DNA of 64,000 bases from Gammaproteobacteria bacterium (GTDB lineage: Bacteria; Pseudomonadota; Gammaproteobacteria; Eutrophobiales; Eutrophobiaceae): the NCBI GenBank assembly GCA_965221695.1, contig OZ244905.1, positions 1-64,000 on the forward strand, given 5' to 3'. The position numbers and the translations under genes were made by a program. Positions 44,865 to 53,778 of this stretch are shown one piece after another. A model generated the notes under the pieces. That model was not told where the DNA came from. It did not search any database and saw nothing but the letters and a program-made list of their open reading frames with translations. The stretch's first letter is position 1, and every line of letters starts with the position of its first letter.

Positions 44865-45734
44865 ATGAAGACCATTGAATGCGGCATTAAGGCTTTTGAC
44901 GTCCATGAACTGCTGTGCCATCTCGTTGCCAGGCGCGGCGGGTTCTACGAGTCGGCGCGCCTGGACATAAGGTTGGTGGACACCAACTTCATTCCCGACG
45001 ACAGGTTGCCCGAGGCGAATTATTTCCAGGTTGCCTGCGGCGCGGCGCTGCTGTCCCGAAACGAGCGTTTTAGGGTTTTTCTGGCTGCCGTCACCAGGCC
45101 GATGTTCTGGTTGTATGGCGCTGCCGGTATCGGTAGTATTGAACAACTTGCCGGCAAACGTATAGCGACCTTCCCGCCGCCGGCCCCGCCTTATTGGTTC
45201 AACCGTATCGTTTTGCGTAAACACGGGCTTGACCCTGATGTGGACATTGAGTTGAAACCCACCCGGGATGATGCAATCCGACTGGGTCTGCTACGTGAAG
45301 GCGAGGTGGACGCGGCGCTGATCAGTTCCGTGTTCTCGCCGATTACAATACAACGGTTGGGATTGAATGCCCTCGCCATACCGGGAGATGGGCTTACGGT
45401 TGTGACCAGTGGTATTGCAACTACCGAAAAGATTACTGCGGAAGATCCCGAACTCGTCGAAGCGCTGGCCAATGTCTACCGGCGAAGTCTGGTGGCAATT
45501 CATGATACCCCGGATGAAATCCATTCCATTCTTGCAGAGCTAATGAATATCTCCCATGAGGACGCGCAAGCAACCTATGAGTTGATCGTGTCCTGTTATA
45601 CGCGGGATGGTTATATCAATGTGGAGAGTTTGCAAGCAGGTCTTGCTGACCTGGACGCGGAATTGGGCGCGGATGTCCCATTTAATGCCGAGAGAATCTA
45701 TACTATGCAGCGCCCAGGTGTCGATGCAGGATAA
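44865..45734 (+). CDS. NMT1/SsuA-like substrate-binding-fold protein, no signal peptide
   Basis: IGSIEQLAGKRIA, LRKHGLDPDVD, LREGEVDAAL, DPELVEAL pattern. Confidence 0.7.
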   Translation: MKTIECGIKAFDVHELLCHLVARRGGFYESARLDIRLVDTNFIPDDRLPEANYFQVACGAALLSRNERFRVFLAAVTRPMFWLYGAAGIGSIEQLAGKRIATFPPPAPPYWFNRIVLRKHGLDPDVDIELKPTRDDAIRLGLLREGEVDAALISSVFSPITIQRLGLNALAIPGDGLTVVTSGIATTEKITAEDPELVEALANVYRRSLVAIHDTPDEIHSILAELMNISHEDAQATYELIVSCYTRDGYINVESLQAGLADLDAELGADVPFNAERIYTMQRPGVDAG

Positions 45735-45789
45735 AGTATATAAGACCAGGACAGCTCATCAATGCACAACATGACGATAGGCACACAAA

Positions 45790-47082
45790 ATGACCGCTGA
45801 AACAATACTCGTAACAAACGCGCACATCTTTGACGGCCATAACCCGGAACTGTCGGATCGTTCCAATATCCTGCTCGCCGATGGCGAGATTAAGGAGATA
45901 TCCACCAGTAAGACCAGCGTCGGGAGCGACCATGTGGTCGATGCCGGAGGGCGCACCGTAATGCCGGGTTTGATCGACAACCATATCCATGTCTATATCC
46001 CTACCCTGGATACCACGGCGCTGTCCAGGATGCCGGATACTTATATTGCTCAGTACGCAAATGTTTTTTTGAACTCGACCCTGGACCGGGGGTTTACCAC
46101 TTTGCGCGATATCGGTGGCGGCGATGTCGGCGTCGCGCGCGCCATCGACCATGGACTGGTGCGCGCCCCCCGGTTTTATTATGCCGGCAAGATCATGTCG
46201 CAGACCGGCGGGCATGGCGACATGCGGCCTGGCTGGGAAATCAATCCCTGGGAGCAACTCTGCGCCTGTGGCAGTTATTCGACCAACCTGACCCGTGTTG
46301 TCGATGATCCGTTTGAGATGCGGCGCGCGGTGCGGGAAGAGCTGAGAAAAGGCTCTCATTGCATAAAGATTATGGCGTCGGGCGGCGTGGCCAGCCCCAA
46401 CGATCCGTTGCACCATACACAATTTACCGAAGAAGAAATCCGCGCCGCAGTGGATGAATGCACGCGCCAGGAAACCTATGTATCTGCGCATTGCCATCCG
46501 ACCGAGGCGGTCAGACGCTGTGTCGAGTTCGGCGTGCGCTGTATTGAGCATGCGACCTTGATTGACGAGGACACCGCGCAATATGTGGCCGCTGAGGGCG
46601 CTTACGTGGTGCCTACGTTTGCGGTGATACACGCATTGCACGAGGAAGGCGCGAAGTACGGCCTGCCGCCGGCCAGCCAGGAAAAGATCGACATGATCTA
46701 TGACCAAGCCCTGGGGGGGCTGGAAATCATGCGCAATGCCGGTGTCAAAATGGGACTGGGCACGGACTTGTTGGGTCCGCAACATGTGCGGCAATGCACC
46801 GAGTTCACTATTCGGAAAGAGGTGTTCACACCGTTCGAGATACTCCATCAGGCCACCGCAATGAATGCCGAGATCCTGATGGAACCCGACCGCCTTGGCT
46901 GTATCAGGGAGGGCGCGTTCGCCGACCTGCTGGTTGTGGATGGCAATCCCCTGGAAGACATTTCCCTGCTGGAACAGAATGGCGCAGCGTTGCCGGTAAT
47001 CATTCGCAAGGGCGAGTTGGTGAAATGCGAACTTGACGTTGCCAAAGGTGCAGTAAGAACGTTCAGTTGGCCTGCGACCTGA
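45790..47082 (+). CDS. Amidohydrolase (prolidase/Xaa-Pro dipeptidase-like subgroup)
   Basis: MPGLIDNHIH, GFTTLRDIGG, QTGGHGD, IKIMASGGV, AHCH, IEHA, GTD, GAFADLLVVDGNP. Confidence 0.9.
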   Translation: MTAETILVTNAHIFDGHNPELSDRSNILLADGEIKEISTSKTSVGSDHVVDAGGRTVMPGLIDNHIHVYIPTLDTTALSRMPDTYIAQYANVFLNSTLDRGFTTLRDIGGGDVGVARAIDHGLVRAPRFYYAGKIMSQTGGHGDMRPGWEINPWEQLCACGSYSTNLTRVVDDPFEMRRAVREELRKGSHCIKIMASGGVASPNDPLHHTQFTEEEIRAAVDECTRQETYVSAHCHPTEAVRRCVEFGVRCIEHATLIDEDTAQYVAAEGAYVVPTFAVIHALHEEGAKYGLPPASQEKIDMIYDQALGGLEIMRNAGVKMGLGTDLLGPQHVRQCTEFTIRKEVFTPFEILHQATAMNAEILMEPDRLGCIREGAFADLLVVDGNPLEDISLLEQNGAALPVIIRKGELVKCELDVAKGAVRTFSWPAT

Positions 47083-47097
47083 TTGAGGATAAACTAA

Positions 47098-47248
47098 GGA
47101 AACTCTGAACAAGTCCATCCTGGACTTGTCAGAGTACGGAAAACAAAAATGTGATTTTTGTTTCCCTCACAAAATCAATGCCTTACAGACATTGATTTTG
47201 ACGATACATCCTTGTATCGTAGGAACCTCTAACTTAATCAGAGTTTCC
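47098..47248. mobile_element. 151 bp IS5-type MITE, copy 3
   Basis: Near-identical to copy 2, flanks CTAA and CCAA. Confidence 0.85.
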
Positions 47249-47303
47249 CCAAGAGATACAATGCTTGATGCGGAAGTTCGGCGCCTCCCTTACTGAGCAA
47301 ACC

Positions 47304-48356
47304 ATGCCGTGCCTATGGTTACGCGCTGAATCCAGGCCGCTCGAACGCAGGGTTGCGCTGACGCCTGCCAACGCGCAGGAGTTGATTGCAGCCGGGTTCA
47401 GCGTATCCGTTGAAGAATGCGATAACAGGATATTCGGGATTGGGCAATACCTGGAAGCAGGTTGTCGGGTTGTACCCCGCGCGTCCTGGCAGGATGCGCC
47501 CCGCGACTGTTATGTGATTGGCCTGAAAGAATTGCCGGAACCGTTGCCGGCGCTACGCCACAGGCATATCTATTTTGCCCATGCTTATAAACAGCAAAAA
47601 GGCTGGAAGGAACTGTTGGGTAATTTTGCTGAAGACGGCGGCTACCTGCTTGATCTGGAATATTTGCTGGACGATAACGGCCGGCGTATCGCCGCATTCG
47701 GTTACTGGGCTGGCTTTGCCGGCGCAGCGTTGGGCGTCAAGGCCTGGCTGAGACAACCGGGCCGGCTTGGGCCTGTCGGCAGTTACCGGAACAAAGACCA
47801 ATTGCTGGCCGAATTGTCAGCGACACTGGAAAAATCGGCGCTGAGGCCCAAAGTTATGATCATTGGGGCCAACGGGCGCTGCGGCAGCGGCGCCATGGAC
47901 TTCTACCGAACCCTGGGTATTGAAACGACATTATGGGACCTGGAGGAAACCAGTCATGGCGGGCCTTTCCATGAAATTCTGGATCACGACATTTTTCTGA
48001 ATTGTGTATTTGTCCGGTCAGTCATTCCGCCGTTCCTGACCTGGCAATTCCTGGAGCAGGCGCGCAGGCTGTCCGTAATCGTCGATATCAGTTGCGATCC
48101 AAATGGCGATTACAACCCGTTGCCGGTATATAATAAATGCACGACATTTTCCCGACCAACGATGCGCATTATCGCCAAACCCGCGCTGGACCTGGTAGCC
48201 ATTGATAATTTGCCATCCTTGCTGCCGCAAGAGAGCAGCGAAGACTTTTCATCCCAGTTGTTGGATGCCCTGACGCAGTTGCCCGACGGCAGGATATGGC
48301 AACGCGCCCTGAAAATATTTGAAGAGAAGAAAGCGGCGGCCCTCGCGATAAATTAA
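47304..48356 (+). CDS. Saccharopine dehydrogenase, lysine-forming (LYS1-like / lysine-ketoglutarate reductase)
   Basis: LWLRAESRPLERR..LTP, GLKELP, HIYFAHAYK, LDLEYL, AAFGYWAGFAG, GANGRCGSGA, IDNLPSLLPQESS. Confidence 0.88.
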   Translation: MPCLWLRAESRPLERRVALTPANAQELIAAGFSVSVEECDNRIFGIGQYLEAGCRVVPRASWQDAPRDCYVIGLKELPEPLPALRHRHIYFAHAYKQQKGWKELLGNFAEDGGYLLDLEYLLDDNGRRIAAFGYWAGFAGAALGVKAWLRQPGRLGPVGSYRNKDQLLAELSATLEKSALRPKVMIIGANGRCGSGAMDFYRTLGIETTLWDLEETSHGGPFHEILDHDIFLNCVFVRSVIPPFLTWQFLEQARRLSVIVDISCDPNGDYNPLPVYNKCTTFSRPTMRIIAKPALDLVAIDNLPSLLPQESSEDFSSQLLDALTQLPDGRIWQRALKIFEEKKAAALAIN

Positions 48357-48507
48357 TGAACCTCTGATTAAGTCAGAGGTTCCTACGATACAAGGATGTA
48401 TCGTCAATATCAATGACTGTAAGGCATTGATATTGTGAGGAAAACAAAAATCGCATTTTTGTTTTCCGTACTCTGACAAGTCCAGGATGGACTTGTTCAG
48501 AGTTTCC
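48357..48507. mobile_element. 151 bp IS5-type MITE, copy 4
   Basis: Same orientation as copy 1, with a perfect TTAA duplication on both flanks. Confidence 0.88.
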
Positions 48508-48530
48508 TTAATAAACAGGAGCCATAATAC

Positions 48531-49676
48531 GTGCAACGCATACACTGGCTAGGAGCAGGTTTGTCATCAATACCAGGGATACGCCGGTTGGCGCGTTCCG
48601 ATTGCCCGCTAATCGTCTGGAACAGGACTCTTGCCAAAGCGCAGGCTGCTATCGCGGACTCCGACAGCGGCGGCAACGATGCCCGGACACTGGATTGGAT
48701 GCAGCTTGCTTCCAATGTCATGCCTGGCGATATACTCGTATCCATGCTGCCTGCTGACATGCACTTGTCGGCGGCCCGGCTTTGCCTGGAGAAGCGCGCC
48801 CATTTCGTATCCTCGAGTTACATATCTGAAGACATAGCAGGGCTGAGTGAGCAGGTGAGCGCGGCAGGCTTATGCTTCGTCAACGAATGCGGGCTTGACC
48901 CGGGTCTGGATCACCTGTTTGCTCATGCTCTGTTGTATGAGTACCGTCACAGTGATGTGTTCAACGTGGAAAACTCGCTATCGTTCCAATCCTACTGCGG
49001 TGGTTTTCCGCTTGAGGCGGGCAGTTTCACTTACAAATTTTCCTGGTCACCCCTGGGTGTGTTGAAGGCGCTGGATACACCTGCCCGGTGGATAGCAAAC
49101 GGGCAAGAGCATTATACTGCCGCGCCTTACAGGAAGGTCGAAACCTACCGGGTAAACGGCGAACCTTTTGAAGCCTATCCCAACCGGGATTCGCTGCCGT
49201 TCATCAAACAGTATCAGATAGAGGATAACTGGAAAATCGAGAATTTCGTACGCGGCACTTTGCGCCTTCCCGGTTGGGCCAAAGCCTGGGAAGATATATT
49301 TCAAACGGTTGAGCAAGCAAGTGGCGAGGTAGGTACGCGGGCGTTGGCTGAATTGAGTGAGCAGTTATGGCAGCGCTATCAATATGCTGCGGGGGAACCG
49401 GATCGGGTCGTATTATGCGTCAGGGTAAGCGCCGCCGGCGCAAACGGCGGCAGGATATGGGGTCGGGAGTATCTTCTCGACAGCATCGGCAACGAGCGCG
49501 GCTCAGCTATGGCAAGACTGGTATCAATACCGGTTTCATTGGTGGTTGAAGCCATCCTTGACGGTGAAGTTAAGTCCGGCGTAGCGCCCGTGCCATCTGA
49601 CCAAGAACATATTGACAAGTGGATTGAGTTGCTGCGGGAAACCGGGGAAAATATCATACTGAGAGACTGGTTCTGA
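48531..49676 (+). CDS. Saccharopine dehydrogenase/reductase, glutamate-forming (LYS9-like)
   Basis: IHWLGAGLSS, VWNRT, NECGLDPGLDH, SYCGG, YKFSWSPLGVL, EAYPNRDS, RGTLR, SAMARLVS. Confidence 0.88.
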   Translation: MQRIHWLGAGLSSIPGIRRLARSDCPLIVWNRTLAKAQAAIADSDSGGNDARTLDWMQLASNVMPGDILVSMLPADMHLSAARLCLEKRAHFVSSSYISEDIAGLSEQVSAAGLCFVNECGLDPGLDHLFAHALLYEYRHSDVFNVENSLSFQSYCGGFPLEAGSFTYKFSWSPLGVLKALDTPARWIANGQEHYTAAPYRKVETYRVNGEPFEAYPNRDSLPFIKQYQIEDNWKIENFVRGTLRLPGWAKAWEDIFQTVEQASGEVGTRALAELSEQLWQRYQYAAGEPDRVVLCVRVSAAGANGGRIWGREYLLDSIGNERGSAMARLVSIPVSLVVEAILDGEVKSGVAPVPSDQEHIDKWIELLRETGENIILRDWF

Positions 49677-49699
49677 GATTTCTGTCCACTACTTGAACT

Positions 49700-49822
49700 A
49701 AGAGCAATAATGATCTGAGAGTAGTACGCGAAATTTCAGAATACGAAGTATGGAATAAAGAGAAAATAGAGGACCGTGAGTTACGGATAGCCGAGTGGGC
49801 TGAAGAAATACTGGAAAATTGA
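49700..49822 (+). pseudogene. Possible C-terminal remnant of a DUF1524/GmrSD-like protein
   Basis: Start-less reading KSNNDLRVVREISEYEVWNKEKIEDRELRIAEWAEE in an AT-rich spacer. The resemblance is from memory only. Confidence 0.3.
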
Positions 49823-49893
49823 AGGAATGGAAGATGTATAGCAGATTATCTGCGTATTCCGGCTAACGTGAACACTGACCAATTAACGCGTAC

Positions 49894-50226
49894 TCATTCT
49901 TCCGGCTCGATCCTTATGAACTTTCTACCGGGGTCATCTTCCAGAAATAAAACTACTTGTGGGATAAGAGGCTGTAGATATTCTATAGTGCTACGTAGCG
50001 CTGACAATACAATAACCGCGATTGGAAGCGTATCCAAATTCTGTTGATATTGAATATTTTTATCAACGGTAATGATTGCATTAAATCCATCAGCGGCCGC
50101 CATTCTAAGCAACTCCCCATTATCGGTCCCGGCCCATCCCATTTCGCTGACGGTTCTGATGTAATATCTGTCTGGAAAACAGCCGGCCAATGCGCGGTCT
50201 ACAGACTCGTCAAGGAGTAGATTCAC
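49894..50226 (-). CDS. PIN-like toxin (DUF5615/VapC45-type)
   Basis: LLLDESV, GWAGTDNGELL, ITVDKNIQYQQN. Confidence 0.85.
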   Translation of the reverse strand: MNLLLDESVDRALAGCFPDRYYIRTVSEMGWAGTDNGELLRMAAADGFNAIITVDKNIQYQQNLDTLPIAVIVLSALRSTIEYLQPLIPQVVLFLEDDPGRKFIRIEPEE

Positions 50227-50277
50227 GAATTGTGACCGTCGTCAGCCTCTCTGTGCCATTTCGAGAAACTGAGCAGT

Positions 50278-50511
50278 CTACTCGTGAGGAGCAACTGTGG
50301 GTTCGGCATCTGTCGTCAGCTTTTCTGAGGCCAGTTTGATTAAATCAACTGCCTGTCCACGACTGACAGTAGGGAAATGATCGAGGAAGTAATCCAAGCT
50401 ATACCCATCTTCCAAGTGCTCCATCAGAATACGTATCGGCACGCGGGTGCCCTGAAAAACAGGCGTGCCGCCCAGAATATTCGGGTTTCTGTTAATTACA
50501 GCATTATTCAT
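50278..50511 (-). CDS. DUF433 antitoxin
   Basis: NPNILGGTPVFQGTRVPI...G.SLD.FLDHFPTV. Confidence 0.9.
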   Translation of the reverse strand: MNNAVINRNPNILGGTPVFQGTRVPIRILMEHLEDGYSLDYFLDHFPTVSRGQAVDLIKLASEKLTTDAEPTVAPHE

Positions 50512-50618
50512 ATATGTTACCTCGTCCCCAAGTGTAGCAATCGCATCCTGTTCTTTCCAGTATTATCAGGCCAAGCCAATTTAACAGGTCAAAGAGTCGC
50601 TGCAGTTAACCGAAACCT

Positions 50619-51623
50619 CTATTTCCACACTGCGCGGGCTACACGCAGCAGGTTGCCGCCCAGTATCTTCGCAATATCATCGTCCCGGTAGCCCATTCCA
50701 AGCAACGCGTCTACTATTTCCGGCGCTTGTTCGGGCTGCACGAATTTTATGCCGTCGGTGTAACCGCCATCCGCCGGAAAGGTCTGCGGATTCTGCCTGA
50801 CGTAGTCGTTCAACTCTTCCATGTCGAAGACATAATCGAGGCCGATGCCGGCATGGTCTATACCAGCTTGCTGCACGACGTAATCGATATGCCTGGCAAT
50901 GGTCTCTGAACGGGCGTCGTTCTCTCCAAGAAAAATACCGACGCCATTAACACAAACCACCCCGCCGGTGGCGGCACAGGCGCGGATGGCGTCATCGGTG
51001 ATATTGCGCTTGTGATCTCGCAAGGCAAGCGGGTTTGAATGGGAAAAAATGACCGGGTTCGAAGAATACTCCATCACATCCATCGTGGTGCGATAGCCGG
51101 TATGGCTGCAACAGACCACCATGCCTACCCGCGCCATTTCATCGAGTACTGCGCGGCCGAAGGCGGTCAGTCCTTTATCGTCATCCTGGCAACCGCCCCC
51201 AAGAGAGTTGTTCCGGTTGTATGCAATCAGCATCCAGCGGGCGCCGAGGTCGTAATACATTTGCACCATGCTGAGCTGATCGGCCAGGACACTACCGCCT
51301 TCAAGGTCGAAGAATACTCCGAGTTTGCCGTCGCTGACGGCCCGTTCTATATCATCGGTGGTTTCGATCAGCATGTAATCGTCAGAGTGTTGCAGGATCC
51401 AACACCGGAAAGCAGCCATGACCAGCAAGGTGTTTTCCCATGGAACGGCATCGAAACCCACATTCAATGAAACAACGTTAAAGCCGGAATCCCGGTAGCG
51501 CGCCAACTGCGGAAGAAATTCGGTATCATTGCCGCGCAGGGGCATGCAACCGTGGTTGTCCCATGCCAGGTTGCCGGCGAGAATTTGTTGTGCTTCAAGG
51601 CTTATCGCGTTTGTGGTCGTCAT
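50619..51623 (-). CDS. Membrane (renal-type) dipeptidase family, peptidase M19
   Basis: WDNHGC, DLEGG, YNRNN, GLTAFGR, CSHTG, FSHSN, HKRN, HIDY, GLDY, GGNLLRV. Confidence 0.88.
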   Translation of the reverse strand: MTTTNAISLEAQQILAGNLAWDNHGCMPLRGNDTEFLPQLARYRDSGFNVVSLNVGFDAVPWENTLLVMAAFRCWILQHSDDYMLIETTDDIERAVSDGKLGVFFDLEGGSVLADQLSMVQMYYDLGARWMLIAYNRNNSLGGGCQDDDKGLTAFGRAVLDEMARVGMVVCCSHTGYRTTMDVMEYSSNPVIFSHSNPLALRDHKRNITDDAIRACAATGGVVCVNGVGIFLGENDARSETIARHIDYVVQQAGIDHAGIGLDYVFDMEELNDYVRQNPQTFPADGGYTDGIKFVQPEQAPEIVDALLGMGYRDDDIAKILGGNLLRVARAVWK

Positions 51624-51718
51624 GGTGTCAGCATTCGACGTATGCTAGACTTTTTCCGATCTCTTTTCAGATAGTATAGAACTCCAAAAAATAAATATCG
51701 ACACGAGCGAACCCGAAA

Positions 51719-53743
51719 ATGCGGATTGCAGTTGATGTGGGTGGGACATTTACTGATGTCGTCGTGCTGGATGAACAAACCGGTGCGTTGCATTATGACA
51801 AGGTCGAAACAACGCCCGGTGACCCCTGCGCCGGTGTTGTTGGCGGTATCGGGAAGGCCGGCTCTGATCTCTCCAGGGTGGATATTTTCGTGCATGGCAC
51901 AACCCTGGGTCTCAATGCATTACTGACCCGTAGCGGCGCCGAACTGGCGATCATTACAACAAAGGGATTTCGCGATGTTTACCTGCTGGGACGCACCGAT
52001 CGGGAGCCGCTGTACAACCTGACATACCGAAAACCCGACCCGCTGGTCCCGCGCTACCGTATCTTTGAAGTCACGGAGCGGATGAATTACAAGGGAGAAG
52101 TATTGGTCGAACTTGACCGGCGGGAAGCAGCTTCACTGGGCACAAGGTTGAAGCAACAAGGAGTTCGCTCCGTGGCGGTTTGCCTGTTGCATTCCTATAT
52201 CAATCCTGCCCATGAACTGGTCCTGGCAGAGATACTGGCCGATGTATACCCAGGACTTTCCATTACTTTGTCGCACCGGTTAACCCGGGAGTATCGTGAG
52301 TACGAACGTACCAGTACGGCAGTCATAGATGCCTACATCAAACCATTGACGCGGACATACCTGGAAAAACTGGATTATGAACTGGACAGTCGGGGATTTG
52401 CCGGCTCTTTTCTGCTTACCCGGTCCGGCGGGGGCGCGATCACCGTTAATGCGGCAAAAGATGAGCCGGCCCACCTGATTCTGTCCGGTCCTGCAGGCGG
52501 AGTCATCGGGGCGACAGCCTTTGGCGCGCTGGTCAACGAACCGAACCTTGTCACTATCGACATGGGCGGCACCAGCCTTGATGCCTCGCTGATTGTTGCC
52601 GGCGAGCCCAGGGTGGAGACGCAGCAGCGTTTTCAGGGCTTGCCGATCGCAATCCCGGCCCTGGATATACATACCATAGGCGCCGGTGGAGGCAGCATAG
52701 CCTGGGTTGATGATGGCGGACACCTGCAGGTGGGTCCGCAAAGCGCGGGCGCCGTGCCGGGCCCTGCCTGTTATGCAAAGGGGGGTGAGGATGCAACCTT
52801 TACCGATGCCGCATTGGTGATGGGCTACCTGGATCCTGATAATTTTCTCGGTGGTGAGCTTGCGCTTAATGGTGCACGCGCACATCAGGCCGTTTCGAAG
52901 GTTGCCGGTGCGGTGCAACTTTCCGTGCAAGAGACAGCCGCAGGGATAATGCGCATCAGCGAGGCCAAGATTGCAGGCGCCGTCCGGGTCATTTCAATCG
53001 AGCAGGGACATCACCCAAAAGATTTCGCGCTGCTTGCCTTTGGAGGCGGAGGCGCTTTCGTTGCCACCAATATAGCCCGGGAGCTCGGTATCCCAAGGGT
53101 AATTATTCCGCCGGCGCCGGCTAATTTTTCCGCATTGGGCATGCTGATGGTAGACGTTACCCATGACTTGTCCCAGACATGTGTCATGGACCTGGATCAA
53201 CTCAAGGTAGAATCAATCAACGCTATTTTCGCCGAACTGGGCAGAAAAGGGCACGAAGCCCTGGAAAAAGACCAGGTGGACCCCGCAAACAGGCGCCTGG
53301 TTCCCATGGCTGAATTGCGTTATCAGGGACAGGAACACACCGTTAACCTGGTCTTTCCCACAGCGGAACTCGGCGTCCGGGATCGGGGGAAAATAGAAGC
53401 GTTATTTAATGTTGCCCATGAAAAACAGTACGGGCATGCGATGCAAGACCCTATCCAGATAGTGACCTTGCGCTTGCGCGCCCTGGGAATGCTGAGCCGT
53501 CCGGACCTGCCGAAACTCGATCGGACTATGGAACAGCCGATAAGCAATGGAAACAGACAAATTTACCGCGCCGGGAGCGGCGCCAGGCAAACCTATTGCA
53601 TATATCAGAGGGAAGATCTCAGGGCAGACCAGCAAATTCAGGGACCGGCCATCATAGAAGAGTCCACTTCGACTACAATACTACACACTGGTGATAGCCT
53701 GATTGTGGGCTTATATGGCGAACTGCTGGTGAATATCGGATAA
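51719..53743 (+). CDS. Hydantoinase/oxoprolinase subunit A, copy 1
   Basis: VDVGGTFTD, HGTT, EYERTST, SGPAGG, DMGGTS, IGAGGGSI, GPQSAGA.PGPACY. Confidence 0.92.
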   Translation: MRIAVDVGGTFTDVVVLDEQTGALHYDKVETTPGDPCAGVVGGIGKAGSDLSRVDIFVHGTTLGLNALLTRSGAELAIITTKGFRDVYLLGRTDREPLYNLTYRKPDPLVPRYRIFEVTERMNYKGEVLVELDRREAASLGTRLKQQGVRSVAVCLLHSYINPAHELVLAEILADVYPGLSITLSHRLTREYREYERTSTAVIDAYIKPLTRTYLEKLDYELDSRGFAGSFLLTRSGGGAITVNAAKDEPAHLILSGPAGGVIGATAFGALVNEPNLVTIDMGGTSLDASLIVAGEPRVETQQRFQGLPIAIPALDIHTIGAGGGSIAWVDDGGHLQVGPQSAGAVPGPACYAKGGEDATFTDAALVMGYLDPDNFLGGELALNGARAHQAVSKVAGAVQLSVQETAAGIMRISEAKIAGAVRVISIEQGHHPKDFALLAFGGGGAFVATNIARELGIPRVIIPPAPANFSALGMLMVDVTHDLSQTCVMDLDQLKVESINAIFAELGRKGHEALEKDQVDPANRRLVPMAELRYQGQEHTVNLVFPTAELGVRDRGKIEALFNVAHEKQYGHAMQDPIQIVTLRLRALGMLSRPDLPKLDRTMEQPISNGNRQIYRAGSGARQTYCIYQREDLRADQQIQGPAIIEESTSTTILHTGDSLIVGLYGELLVNIG

Positions 53744-53778
53744 TCCGTACCGGATGAAAAACTTGGGAGATCACAGAG

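Noticed and set aside
45703-47118. 471 aa minus-strand ORF
   Set aside because: It is antisense to a clear amidohydrolase, has no recognisable motifs, and its start lies inside a MITE.
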